Part shown: one piece after another, positions 27,904 to 38,013 of the stretch
Layout of the letters: every line of letters begins with the position of its first letter
How positions within the stretch are numbered: position 1 is the first letter of the stretch
Source: an uncultured Chromatiaceae bacterium
GTDB taxonomy: Bacteria; Pseudomonadota; Gammaproteobacteria; Steroidobacterales; GCA-2729495
Direction: 5' to 3'
Length of the DNA: 64,000 bases
Assembly: GCA_964613615.1 (NCBI GenBank)
Contig: CAZTIB010000133.1
Coordinates: 4,046-68,045 of the forward strand
Translations under genes and position numbers: made by a program
The notes under the pieces: generated by a model
The model's input: the letters and a program-made list of their open reading frames with translations, nothing else
What the model was told of the DNA's origin: nothing
Databases searched by the model: none

Positions 27904-30663
27904 ATGTTGCGCAGTTTTTCTTTTCCTGGCCGCTGGGTTGCCGGCCTGTTGCTGGCCTGCAGCCTGCCACCGGCGGCGGCCGACGTGGATATTCCGTACC
28001 AGATGAAAGTGCTGGACAACGGGCTGACCGTGATCGTGCACGAAGACCGCAAGGCGCCGGTGGTCGCAGTCAACATCTGGTACCACGTGGGCTCGAAAAA
28101 CGAGCCGGCGGGCAAGACCGGGTTTGCGCACCTGTTCGAACACCTGATGTTCCAGGGCACGGAAAACTTCGACGAGGAGTACCTGTCTTACCTGCAGGAG
28201 ATTGGCGCCACCGACCTGAATGCAACCACCTGGTTCGACCGCACCAACTACTTCCAGACGGTGCCGAGAAATGCGCTGGACACCGTGCTGTGGCTCGAAT
28301 CCGATCGCATGGGGCACTTTGCCGGCGCGATCACGCAGGCGAAGCTCGACGAACAGCGCGGCGTCGTCCAGAACGAAAAGCGGCAAGGCGAAAACCAGCC
28401 CTACGGCAAGGTCTTCGAACAACTGCTGCCGCAGGTGTTTACGGACGGCCACCCGTATTCCTGGGAGACCATCGGGTCCATGGCAGATCTCGAGGCGGCC
28501 AGCCTCGACGACGTCCGGGACTGGTTCAAGACCTGGTATGGCCCGAATAATGCGGTGCTGGTGGTGGCTGGTGACATCGATGCCGCCGATGCTTTCGCGC
28601 GCGTGGAGAAATTCTTCGGCGATATTCCGCCCGGCCCGCCGCTCACGCGGCCGAGCAAGTGGATTCCGCAGCACGTAGCCGAGCGGCGCATGGAAATGAC
28701 CGACCGGGTGCCCCAGCCGCGCGTGTACATGGCCTGGAGCGGGCCCGAGTGGGGCTCGCGCGACGCACACCTGCTGGTGCTGGCCGCGGACATCATCGGC
28801 GGCGGCAAGAACTCGCGGCTGTTCGAACGGCTGGTATATCAAGACCAGATCGCGACCGACGCCGCGCTGGCGCCGCTGCCACTGGAAATCTCCGGCATCA
28901 CCTACCTGGTGGCATCGGCGCAGCCGGGCACGGACCTGGCAGCCGTTGAAGCGGCGGCGCGGGAAGAACTCGCCCGTTTCATTGCCGAGGGTCCCACCGA
29001 GCGCGAACTCGAGCGCGCACGCACGCAGTACCGCGCGAGCTTTCTGCGCGGTTTGGAAAGAATCGGCGGCTTCGGCGGCAAGTCTGGGGTCCTGGCTCAG
29101 AGCACCGTATACGGCGGCAGCCCGAACGCCTGGCAGCAGGAACTTGCCGACATCGACGGCGCCACCATAGAAGACCTGCAGAAGGTCGCCGAGCGCTGGC
29201 TGGGACCAGGTGCCTTCGTGCTGTCGGTGCAACCCGAGGGACAACTCCAGGCCGATGCCGGTGGCGCCGACCGCAGCGCAGGACCGCCGGCGCCCGGGGC
29301 TTTCCCCGACGTGCGCTTCCCGGCGTTCACCCGGCGCACGCTGGACAACGGGCTGGAGGTCGTCCTGTCGCCGCGACCGAATCAGCCGCTGGTGGAAATG
29401 TCCCTGCAGATCGATGCCGGCTATGCCGCCGACCAGTTCGCGCGGCCGGGTACCTCCGCAATGACCATGGCCATGCTCGACGAAGGCACCGAGAAACGTT
29501 CGGCCCTGGAGATAGCGGAGGCCCTCGCGCTGCAAGGCGCGTCCTTGGGCGCGAACTCGGGGCTCGACACCTCCACCGTGCGACTGTCTGCGCTGGCCGA
29601 AAACCTCGAGCCATCGATGGCAATCTACGCCGACGTGATCCTGGACCCGGTGTTCCCGCAGGCCGAGCTGGAACGGCTGCGCAAGAGCACTATCGCGCGT
29701 ATCCAGCAGGAGAAGACGCGGCCGAACTCAATGGCGCTGCGCGTGCTGCCCCGCCTTCTGTACGGCGAGGGTCATCCCTACGCACAGCCCCTGACCGGCT
29801 CTGGCACCGAAGCCACCGTGGCTGCCCTGACCCGCGCCGATCTCGAGAGTTTTCACGGCACCTGGTTCAAACCCAATCACGCCACGCTCATCGTCGTGGG
29901 CAATTTCGACCCGGACCAGCTGATGAAGCAGCTCGACAAGCTGTTCGGCCGCTGGAAAGCCGGCGATACGCCGGAGAAACAGCTCGCCGGTGCGCAGGGC
30001 GGCAATGGCAAGACGCTGTACGTCGTCGACAAGCCCGGCGCCGATCAGTCGGTAATTTTCGTCGGCCAGCTGATCCCGCCCAGGGCGAATCCCGACGAGA
30101 TTGCGATCCGGGCAGTCAACGACATCCTTGGCGGCAAATCCACCGCGCGCATCAACATGAACCTGCGCGAAGACAAGGGCTGGTCTTACGGCGCTTACAG
30201 CACGATTCTGAATGCGCGCGGTCAGCGACCGCTGCTGGCCTACGCACCGGTGCAGACGGACAAGACCCGCGAGTCGGTGATCGAATTGCAACGCGAGCTG
30301 GCTGCGATTCGCGGCGACGAGCCGCCCACGGCCCAAGAACTGCAGGTCGTCGTGGACAGCAACACCCTGTCGCTGCCTGGCCGCTGGGAGACCTCCAGCG
30401 CCGTGCTGGGTTCCATCGGCGAAGTGGTGCGCTTCGGGCTGCCGGACGATTACTGGTCGAGCTACGCCGCCAGCGTCCGGGCCCTGCAGCTGGCCGAAGT
30501 CGATAGCATCGCGCAGACGCTGATCAATCCTCAGGAGCTGGCCTGGGTCGTGGTGGGCGACCGTGCACGCATCGAGGCAGACCTCCAGGACCTCGGCTTC
30601 GACGAGATACTCGAAGTGGACGCAGATGGTCTGCCCGTCGTGGGTCAACTTGCCGGCGACTGA
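27904..30663 (+). CDS. M16 (pitrilysin/insulinase) family zinc peptidase, fused active and inactive halves
   Basis: Signal peptide, HLFEHLMFQGT (HxxEH) with a downstream E, and a second M16-like half from about residue 480. ATG at 27904; the upstream 152 codons of the ORF overlap pyrC antisense. Confidence 0.9.
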   Translation: MLRSFSFPGRWVAGLLLACSLPPAAADVDIPYQMKVLDNGLTVIVHEDRKAPVVAVNIWYHVGSKNEPAGKTGFAHLFEHLMFQGTENFDEEYLSYLQEIGATDLNATTWFDRTNYFQTVPRNALDTVLWLESDRMGHFAGAITQAKLDEQRGVVQNEKRQGENQPYGKVFEQLLPQVFTDGHPYSWETIGSMADLEAASLDDVRDWFKTWYGPNNAVLVVAGDIDAADAFARVEKFFGDIPPGPPLTRPSKWIPQHVAERRMEMTDRVPQPRVYMAWSGPEWGSRDAHLLVLAADIIGGGKNSRLFERLVYQDQIATDAALAPLPLEISGITYLVASAQPGTDLAAVEAAAREELARFIAEGPTERELERARTQYRASFLRGLERIGGFGGKSGVLAQSTVYGGSPNAWQQELADIDGATIEDLQKVAERWLGPGAFVLSVQPEGQLQADAGGADRSAGPPAPGAFPDVRFPAFTRRTLDNGLEVVLSPRPNQPLVEMSLQIDAGYAADQFARPGTSAMTMAMLDEGTEKRSALEIAEALALQGASLGANSGLDTSTVRLSALAENLEPSMAIYADVILDPVFPQAELERLRKSTIARIQQEKTRPNSMALRVLPRLLYGEGHPYAQPLTGSGTEATVAALTRADLESFHGTWFKPNHATLIVVGNFDPDQLMKQLDKLFGRWKAGDTPEKQLAGAQGGNGKTLYVVDKPGADQSVIFVGQLIPPRANPDEIAIRAVNDILGGKSTARINMNLREDKGWSYGAYSTILNARGQRPLLAYAPVQTDKTRESVIELQRELAAIRGDEPPTAQELQVVVDSNTLSLPGRWETSSAVLGSIGEVVRFGLPDDYWSSYAASVRALQLAEVDSIAQTLINPQELAWVVVGDRARIEADLQDLGFDEILEVDADGLPVVGQLAGD

Positions 30664-31936
30664 CCTCAAGGCCCCGGGCAAACCCCGCCAGGGCCGATTT
30701 TACGGCTGGTACGTCGCGGCGACTTCCGTCGCGATCTATTTCTTCACGAACGGCATGACGCTGTTCGTGCCCCAGAATCTCTTCCCACGGTTCATCGAGA
30801 CCTTCGATGTCACCGCCGCGCAGGTCAGCCTCACCACCGCAACGTCACTGGGCCTGGCCGCACTGATGGCGCCCTTCATCGGCGCAATTGTCGACCGTGC
30901 CGGCGTGCTGCGGGTGATTCGTACGGGGCTTGCGGTCATGGCCGTGTGCTTTTGCCTGTACCCCTTCGCCCGCAGCATTACCGAGCTTTATATCCTGCAC
31001 GCGTTCCTGGCGCTGGGCCTCGCATTGTCCGGGCTGCTGGTGAACGTGGTGCTGCTGTCGAACTGGTTCAACGCCCGGCGCGGTTTCGTGATCGGCATGC
31101 TCGTAGCCGGCTCCAGCCTGGCCGGCGCGCTGCTGCCGGTGGCCATTTCGCCGCTGGTGAATTCGCCGGACTATGGCTGGCGCTGGGGCGTCGGCCTGCT
31201 TGCCGTCGGTTTCATCCTGTTTGCGGTTGTGCCCGGTTACACGGTGCTGCGTGAAAAGCCGAGCCTGCTGGGACTCTACCCGGACGGCGCAGCGAAACCG
31301 CCCCCCGCGGAACAGGCAGCGACCAGCGGCGTCGACCTGCCCACGGCGCTGCGCTCCGGGCCATTCTGGTGCCTGGCGTTCGGCTCTGCCGCGCTGTGGT
31401 ATTCGATTCAGGCTATGAACAGCCAGGTGACCATCTACTTCGAGCAGGAGGGCGGGCTCACGCCAGCCCGCGCCACGCTGCTGTACTCCGTGATCTTCTG
31501 GTGCAGCTTCGCCGGCAAGTTCCTGTTCGGGGCCCTCAGCGACCGAATCCCGAAACGCCGGGTCATGCTGGTCACCAGCCTCATTTTGCTGGCCGGCTGC
31601 CTGCTGCTGTTCGAAGGCGGGCGGGACGGGCTGCGGTTGACGGCCGATCTGCCGCGGCTGGTGAGTTTCGCCGTGGTCTTCGGGCTTGGCTTTGGCGGCA
31701 GTTTCACGATGATCCAGCTCGTGGCCGTTGAAACCTTCGGGCAACGGTCACTGGGCAAGATTCTCGGCTGCATCACACTGGTGGATGCCCTGGGCGCCAC
31801 GCTGGGCACCATTCTCACCGGGCAACTGAAGACCGCCACCGGCGGCTATCTGCTGCCATTTGGCGTGATTACCGCGGTGGCTTTCTTCGCTGTGGTTAAC
31901 GTATTACTGATTCGGCCGTTGCCCGCCCGGAAGTAA
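30626..31936 (+). CDS. MFS transporter
   Basis: About 12 predicted TM helices and an MFS loop motif (DRAGVLRVIR). Start is ATG 30626 (overlaps the M16 gene end) or TTG 30650. Confidence 0.8.
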   Translation: MVCPSWVNLPATDLKAPGKPRQGRFYGWYVAATSVAIYFFTNGMTLFVPQNLFPRFIETFDVTAAQVSLTTATSLGLAALMAPFIGAIVDRAGVLRVIRTGLAVMAVCFCLYPFARSITELYILHAFLALGLALSGLLVNVVLLSNWFNARRGFVIGMLVAGSSLAGALLPVAISPLVNSPDYGWRWGVGLLAVGFILFAVVPGYTVLREKPSLLGLYPDGAAKPPPAEQAATSGVDLPTALRSGPFWCLAFGSAALWYSIQAMNSQVTIYFEQEGGLTPARATLLYSVIFWCSFAGKFLFGALSDRIPKRRVMLVTSLILLAGCLLLFEGGRDGLRLTADLPRLVSFAVVFGLGFGGSFTMIQLVAVETFGQRSLGKILGCITLVDALGATLGTILTGQLKTATGGYLLPFGVITAVAFFAVVNVLLIRPLPARK

Positions 31937-32038
31937 CTTCCGCGATACGCCTTGCGCGGGTCATCAAGCTGTGGAAAATACGCGCCTCGCAGGGCCCGGG
32001 CGCAGTCTCGCCCACGGCAGTCACAGCGAGGACATCCG

Positions 32039-32974
32039 ATGATCAAAGCCGAGGGTCTGACCAAGCAGTACGGCGCGCTGACGGCCGTGGATCAGATTTC
32101 CTTCAAAGTGGAGCCCGGCGAAGTGCTCGGCTTCCTCGGGCCGAACGGCGCCGGCAAGTCCACCACGATGCGCATGTTTGCCGGCTTTGTGCCGCCCACG
32201 GCCGGGTCTGCAGAAATTTGCGGGCATTCGGTGATTACCGACGCGCTGGCGGCGAAGGCAAAGCTGGGCTACCTGCCGGAAGGCGCCCCGGCCTACGGCG
32301 AGATGCGGCCGCGGGAATTCCTGGAATTTGCCGCCGCCATACGCGGCTTCAGCGGCGACGAACAGCGCACGCGCGTGGGCGACGCCCTGGAGCGGCTGAA
32401 TCTCACCAAGGTGCAGAACCAGAGCATCGAAACCCTGTCGAAGGGCTTCAAGCGGCGCGTTGGCCTGGCCCAGGCCATCCTGCACGACCCGCCGGTGCTG
32501 ATTCTCGACGAACCCACGGACGGACTGGACCCGAACCAGAAACACGAGGTGCGCCAGCTGATCGCCGACATGTCGGCGAACAAGATCATCGTGATCTCCA
32601 CCCACATCCTCGAAGAAGTGGATGCCGTGTGTAACCGCGCCATCATCATTGCCAATGGGCGCATCCTGGCGGATGAAACCCCGGAAACGCTGATCTACCG
32701 CTCCCGCTATCACAATGCCGTCACGCTGCGACTGTCCCGCGACGGCGACCTGGCGGCCGTGGCCGCCGACATTCGCGCGGTGCCGAGTGTCGACCATGTA
32801 GAGATCGCCAATGACGGCCGGTCACTGACGGCCTTCCCCGATGACAACGAGATGATCCTGACCCAGATCGGCGACCTGGCGGGTGCAAAGAACTGGCCGC
32901 TGGAACAGCTGCAGCTGGAGTCCGGCCGTCTCGATGAGGTGTTTCGCACCATCACCTCCGCGGAGGCCGCCTGA
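32039..32974 (+). CDS. ABC transporter ATP-binding protein (ABC-2/GldA-like)
   Basis: Walker A GPNGAGKST, signature LSKGFKRRV and Walker B LILDEPTDGLD. Confidence 0.9.
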   Translation: MIKAEGLTKQYGALTAVDQISFKVEPGEVLGFLGPNGAGKSTTMRMFAGFVPPTAGSAEICGHSVITDALAAKAKLGYLPEGAPAYGEMRPREFLEFAAAIRGFSGDEQRTRVGDALERLNLTKVQNQSIETLSKGFKRRVGLAQAILHDPPVLILDEPTDGLDPNQKHEVRQLIADMSANKIIVISTHILEEVDAVCNRAIIIANGRILADETPETLIYRSRYHNAVTLRLSRDGDLAAVAADIRAVPSVDHVEIANDGRSLTAFPDDNEMILTQIGDLAGAKNWPLEQLQLESGRLDEVFRTITSAEAA

Positions 32975-33705
32975 TGAGCGCCATCGGCATCATCGCGTCG
33001 CGCGAATTGCGCGCCTACTTCGCCACGCCGGTGGCCTTCGTGTTTATCGTGATTTTCCTGGCGCTCAGCGGCTGGTTCACGTTCTATCTGGGCGGCTTCT
33101 ACGAACGGGGTCAGGCTGACCTGCAGCCTTTCTTCACTTTCCACCCGTGGTTGTACCTGTTCCTGGTACCGGCGATTTCCATGCGCCTGTGGGCCGAGGA
33201 GCGCAAATCCGGCAGCATCGAAATGCTGATGACCCTGCCCGTATCCATCTGGGACGCGGTGCTGGGCAAATTCCTGGCGGCCTGGGCCTTCACGGCCGTG
33301 GCGCTGGCCCTCACGTTCCCGATCTGGATTACGGTGAACTACCTCGGCGACCCGGACAACGGCGTCATTGTGACGGCCTATCTCGGCAGCCTGCTGATGG
33401 CCGGCGCCTTTCTCGCCATCGGCTCGTGCATTTCAGCGGCGAACCGCAACCAGGTGGTGGCATTCATCATCACGGTGGTGATTTGCTTTTTATTCCTGCT
33501 GAGTGGTTTCCCGCTGGTGCTCGACTTCTTCGCCGGTGCACCGCAAACCATCGTCGACACCATCGCGGGCCTGAGTTTCCTGACGCATTTCAACGCACTG
33601 AGCAAGGGCGTGATCGACCTGCGTGACGTGGTGTATTTCCTGCTGGTGATCACCGCGTGGCTGTATGCCACCAGCATCGTGCTGGAAATGAAAAAGGCTG
33701 ACTGA
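32974..33705 (+). CDS. ABC-2 type transporter permease (GldF-like)
   Basis: Six TM helices. Start overlaps the ATPase stop (ATGA). Confidence 0.85.
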   Translation: MSAIGIIASRELRAYFATPVAFVFIVIFLALSGWFTFYLGGFYERGQADLQPFFTFHPWLYLFLVPAISMRLWAEERKSGSIEMLMTLPVSIWDAVLGKFLAAWAFTAVALALTFPIWITVNYLGDPDNGVIVTAYLGSLLMAGAFLAIGSCISAANRNQVVAFIITVVICFLFLLSGFPLVLDFFAGAPQTIVDTIAGLSFLTHFNALSKGVIDLRDVVYFLLVITAWLYATSIVLEMKKAD

Positions 33706-33706
33706 C

Positions 33707-35578
33707 ATGAGCGCACGCGAGACAAGGGGCCGTTTCGGGCTGCTGATCCTGGCCGCACTGTTCATCGTGGCCGTGGTGGCTGCCAACGCCGCGCTGCGCG
33801 GCATACGCCTCGACCTGACAGAGAATCGCCTCTACACGCTGTCCGAGGGCACCTACGCGATCCTCGAAGACATCCCGGAGACGGTGAACCTGTACTTCTT
33901 CTTCTCGGACAGGGCCACGGCAGACATCCCGCAGCTGCGCACCTACGCCAGCCGCGTGCGCGAGATGCTCGAAGAGTTCGAGCAAAACGCCGACGGGCGC
34001 GTGAATATCCGCTTCATCGACCCGCTGCCGTTCTCGGAAGAAGAAGATCGCGCGTCGGAATTCGGCCTGCAGAGCGTGGAGCTGGCGATGGGTTCCGACC
34101 CGGTCTTCATGGGAATCGCCGGCACCAACAGCATCGGCGACCAGGAAATCATCGGCTTCCTCGACCCCACGAATGAGGCCTTCCTGGAATACGAACTCGC
34201 CAAACTCGTGCAGACATTGTCCGTAGTCAGCAAGCCGGTAATCGGCCTGCTGACGCCGTTGCAGATGACGGCCGGCTTCGACCAGGCCACGCAGCAGCTG
34301 CGCCAGCCCTGGGTCATTACTCAGCAGGTGCAGCAGTTATTCGAGCTGCGCACGCTGCCGGCGGGCACGGACAGCATCGATGCAGACATCGACGTGCTGA
34401 TGATCGTGCACCCGAAAGACCTGGGTGACAGCACGCTGTATGCCATCGACCAGTTCATTATGCGCGGCGGCCGCGCGTTGCTGTTCGTCGACCCCTACGC
34501 CCAGGCCGACTCGCAACCGCCGCCGGTGCCCGGCATGAGCCAGCCGGGTGGCGGCGCATCCGATCTGAATCGCCTGCTGACGCCGTGGGGCGTGTCGATT
34601 CCGCCCGGCCTGGTCGTCGGTGACGACCGCTACGCGCTGACGGTCACCGGCCTCGGCAACCGTCCGGTGCGCTACCTTCCCTTGCTTGGCATCGATCAGA
34701 ACGGTATCGATCCGGATGACGTGGTTACCGCCGGGATACGCAACCTGAACCTGGGCTTTCCCGGCTACATTGAGGTCAGCGAAGACGCGAGCGTTGCCGT
34801 AACGCCGCTCATCGAATCCAGTGACCTGGCCGGCACGCTGCAGGCCGAAGAACTGGCCTTTGTGCAGGACCCGGAGATCCTGCGGACAAATTTCCAGCCC
34901 ACCGGCGAACCTTACCTGCTCGCCGCACGGCTACAGGGCGAGGTCCCGAGCGCTTTCCCCGACGGCCCGCCGCCGCTGCCGGAGAGCGGCACGACGGTGG
35001 ATACCGGCGCGCATCTCGCGCAATCGGACGGTCCTATCAACGTGGTGCTGGTGGCCGATACAGACCTGCTGACAGACCGGCTGTGGGTGCAGCAGCGAAA
35101 CTTTCTCGGCCAGCCGCTGACCACGGCCTTTGCCGGCAACGGCGACTTCACGGTCAACGCGCTGGACAACCTGACCGGCAGCAACGACCTGATCAGCATC
35201 CGCGGCCGGGCCACCTATACCCGGCCCTTCACGCGGGTGCAGGACCTGCGCCGCGACGCCGAAGCGCGGCTGCGCATTACCGAGCAGCAACTGACCCAGG
35301 AGCTGAGCGCGCTGGAAGGGAAGCTAGCCGAGCTGCAGGCCGAGCGCCAGGACGGCAGCAACCTGTTGCTGAGCCCGGAACAGCAGGCGGAGATCGACCG
35401 TTTCCAGGACGAACGGCTGCGCATCCGCAAGGAGCTGCGCCAGGTGCAGCGCGACCTGGACCAGAGCATCGAAGATCTCGGCATGCGGCTGAAGGTCACC
35501 AACATATTCCTCGTACCCGCCCTGATCGCGCTGCTCGGCCTGGCCCTGCTGGTGCTGCGCCGCCAGCGGCACGCCTGA
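33707..35578 (+). CDS. GldG-family ABC transporter auxiliary protein
   Basis: N- and C-terminal TM anchors flank a large periplasmic domain, followed by a coiled coil. Position after the GldA/F-like genes is typical. Confidence 0.8.
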   Translation: MSARETRGRFGLLILAALFIVAVVAANAALRGIRLDLTENRLYTLSEGTYAILEDIPETVNLYFFFSDRATADIPQLRTYASRVREMLEEFEQNADGRVNIRFIDPLPFSEEEDRASEFGLQSVELAMGSDPVFMGIAGTNSIGDQEIIGFLDPTNEAFLEYELAKLVQTLSVVSKPVIGLLTPLQMTAGFDQATQQLRQPWVITQQVQQLFELRTLPAGTDSIDADIDVLMIVHPKDLGDSTLYAIDQFIMRGGRALLFVDPYAQADSQPPPVPGMSQPGGGASDLNRLLTPWGVSIPPGLVVGDDRYALTVTGLGNRPVRYLPLLGIDQNGIDPDDVVTAGIRNLNLGFPGYIEVSEDASVAVTPLIESSDLAGTLQAEELAFVQDPEILRTNFQPTGEPYLLAARLQGEVPSAFPDGPPPLPESGTTVDTGAHLAQSDGPINVVLVADTDLLTDRLWVQQRNFLGQPLTTAFAGNGDFTVNALDNLTGSNDLISIRGRATYTRPFTRVQDLRRDAEARLRITEQQLTQELSALEGKLAELQAERQDGSNLLLSPEQQAEIDRFQDERLRIRKELRQVQRDLDQSIEDLGMRLKVTNIFLVPALIALLGLALLVLRRQRHA

Positions 35579-35591
35579 GGAGGCACCCGGC

Positions 35592-36692
35592 ATGAACCAG
35601 CGCAACCTGCTGATCCTGTTTGTGGCCCTTGGCCTGGCGGCACTCACCGCTTGGCTGCTCAGCCAGGAGGACCCGGCCAGCCTGGGCGAAGGCGACCCGT
35701 TGATGCCCGGGTTGGCCACAGCACTGAACAGTGTCACCAGCGTGACGGTGCGGCGTGCCGGCAACGACACCGTGGCAAGTTTGCGCAGGAACGATTCCGG
35801 TTGGGTCGTGACCGACCGTGACGATTACCCCGCCGATTTTGCGCGTGTTCGCCAGAACCTGCTGGGCCTGGCCGAGGCGCAGATTTTCGAGGCCAAGACC
35901 GCCAACGCGGAGTTCTACGAGCGCCTCGGCGTGCGTGACATCGCCGACGCGGAGGCCACGGGCACGGAACTCGACATCCAGGCACCTGAATACAATGCCC
36001 GGATCATTGTTGGCCGCACCGACGAGGGCGGCGGCAGCCTCGCCTATGTGCGCCGGGCCGGTGAGGCGCAGGGCTATCTCGTGACCGCCAGCCTCGACCC
36101 GGGCAGCAGCGCAGCAGACTGGCTCGACACGAAGATTATCGACCTGCCGTCCACGCGGGTTCGCTCGGTACAGATTCGCCATCCCGGCGGCGAGATTCTC
36201 GCCATTGCGAAGCCGCGCAGCGAATCTACGAATTACACCGTGGCCGACGTGCCGGACGGCCGCAGCCTGACCTACGAGGGTGCCGCCAATGCCATCGGCG
36301 CCGCGCTGGCCGGACTGAATCTCGACGATGTGGAACCTGCCCAGGGTTTCGACGCTGGCGGCAACGAACCCACCGTCGCCAGCTACGAAACTTTCGACGG
36401 CCTGATCGTGGAAGTGCGCACATGGCAGCTCGAGGACCGCAGCGTTCAAGCGTTCTCGGCCGCGGTGACGGTCCCGGATCCTGAGGCCGACGCGGCGAGA
36501 GACGACGCTGACCAGGGCGATGACGACGCCACTGACGCCGACGGCCCGACCGATGCCGAAGCGCTGGCCCGGTTGCAAGAAGAAGCAGACACCATCAATG
36601 CGCGCCTGAACGGCTGGATCTACGTATTGCCCAGCTTCAAGGCCGAACAGTTCACGCGCCGCATGGACGACCTGCTCGCGGCCCCTGAATAG
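35592..36692 (+). CDS. DUF4340 domain protein
   Basis: N-terminal anchor, repeated beta-rich domain and an acidic insert (DDADQGDDDATDADGPTD). Conserved position after GldG-like genes. Confidence 0.7.
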   Translation: MNQRNLLILFVALGLAALTAWLLSQEDPASLGEGDPLMPGLATALNSVTSVTVRRAGNDTVASLRRNDSGWVVTDRDDYPADFARVRQNLLGLAEAQIFEAKTANAEFYERLGVRDIADAEATGTELDIQAPEYNARIIVGRTDEGGGSLAYVRRAGEAQGYLVTASLDPGSSAADWLDTKIIDLPSTRVRSVQIRHPGGEILAIAKPRSESTNYTVADVPDGRSLTYEGAANAIGAALAGLNLDDVEPAQGFDAGGNEPTVASYETFDGLIVEVRTWQLEDRSVQAFSAAVTVPDPEADAARDDADQGDDDATDADGPTDAEALARLQEEADTINARLNGWIYVLPSFKAEQFTRRMDDLLAAPE

Positions 36693-36807
36693 TCAGGGGC
36701 TCAGGCGCCGCTCACTGCGGCCTGCTGTATTGCGGCAACTGGTCCGGACAAGGCATCCGGCCCGGCTGGCCAGTTTGTTTCACTTCTGTTAGCGTTTCCA
36801 AGATGAC

Positions 36808-36842
36808 GCTGCAACCGGGTTAGCCGGGGCGGCGTTTTTTTT
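36808..36842 (+). terminator. Weak hairpin followed by T8; candidate terminator of the ABC/DUF4340 operon
   Basis: CGCTGCAACCGGGTTAGCCGGGGCGGCG then TTTTTTTT. The stem is imperfect. Confidence 0.35.
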
Positions 36843-37052
36843 GGCCGACAGGTCCCGGATCATGCATGCGGGACCGCCTTGCAAGTTGGGTGCACGTCGC
36901 CGATGTCACGGCCGTTAAATAGCCCCACGCCGCAGCGCGTCCTGCACTGTTTGCACCGGTCTGCCAATTCCTTGCGGCCACTTCCTGTAAGCCCTCGTCT
37001 GCCGGGTGCCCGCCGTGCCGAAAAACTCAACAAAAAAATCAGAGGTGTCGCC

Positions 37053-37901
37053 ATGAACACGCCAGGCTATTCAAACGTTTCTGCCAGTCACCTGTTCAGA
37101 ATCTCTGTTGCCGCCGGCATATTGCTGCTGGCGTTGGCCAGCCCCGCTCACGCGGTGATTGTCGGCGGTGGGGGTACGGGTGGGCCACCGACCGGCATGT
37201 CCAGCGTGCCGATAGACACCCGTGTCGGCGATTTCTGGAACTGGGGGGCAAGCCTGCCGCCAGCGCCGAACGCCCTGGAGGACCCCACCGGGGAATTTCT
37301 CAGTGTCAGTCAGGGCCCCGGCATTTTTTACGTGACGACAGTATTCCAGCCGATGGGTTCAGGACAGCTGAACCGGGCCTATACCGTGCCGGCGTTTACC
37401 CCGATATTTGCGTCACTGATTTCCCTCGTATACGTCAATTCCGACCTCCCGGGCACGCCTGAGGATGACCGTTTGCCTGCCAGCGAGGTGGAACAATTCG
37501 TCCACGAAAACATCGACCTGGTCAGCCTGGACAGCACCTTCGTGCAGCTGATCGGTGGGGGCAGCACCACGACACTCGACGACCCATCTGAAACTGCGCT
37601 ACTGCGAAAGGGGTCCGGAAATTTTACGGTCATCGTTCCAGCGGGCGGAAACGGCCTCGGGCCAGAGGATGAATTTCCGCCGGGCAGCTTCCCCAATTCT
37701 TTTGCGGAAGGCTATTTCTACTCGCTTGATGACGGCCTGCCACCCGGCGAATACACCCTGCAACTGTTCCAGACCCTCCCGGACTTTGGCCTGGAAATCA
37801 GCAGCCTCGACACCATCACGGTCGTGCCAATCCCGACCGCGATGTGGTTGTTCGGATCTGCACTGGCACTGCTGGGCTGGGTGAGGCGCAAGGCCGCCTG
37901 A
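37053..37901 (+). CDS. Secreted protein with PEP-CTERM/VPLPA-CTERM-like sorting signal
   Basis: Signal peptide (ALASPAHA) and C-terminal VVPIPTAMWLFGSALALLGWVRRKAA (motif, TM helix, basic tail). AGAGG RBS before the ATG at 37053. Confidence 0.65.
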   Translation: MNTPGYSNVSASHLFRISVAAGILLLALASPAHAVIVGGGGTGGPPTGMSSVPIDTRVGDFWNWGASLPPAPNALEDPTGEFLSVSQGPGIFYVTTVFQPMGSGQLNRAYTVPAFTPIFASLISLVYVNSDLPGTPEDDRLPASEVEQFVHENIDLVSLDSTFVQLIGGGSTTTLDDPSETALLRKGSGNFTVIVPAGGNGLGPEDEFPPGSFPNSFAEGYFYSLDDGLPPGEYTLQLFQTLPDFGLEISSLDTITVVPIPTAMWLFGSALALLGWVRRKAA

Positions 37902-38013
37902 ATCCATTCCGCTAGGTAATCTGCTACAACCTCCAGCATGTGGGGGTTCCTGCTGCTGTTGCTGGTCCAGGTCGTTCACGCAGGCCACCCGCACACCGCC
38001 GGTAACTTGTCGT

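Noticed and set aside
27898-30681. 545-aa and 317-aa minus-strand ORFs
   Set aside because: They are antisense shadows of the M16 peptidase gene.
36850-37052. Possible c-di-GMP (GEMM) riboswitch or other leader upstream of the PEP-CTERM-like gene
   Set aside because: I could not find the conserved GEMM-I core motifs (such as ACGCAAAGC with the paired tetraloop and receptor). Only generic small hairpins are present.
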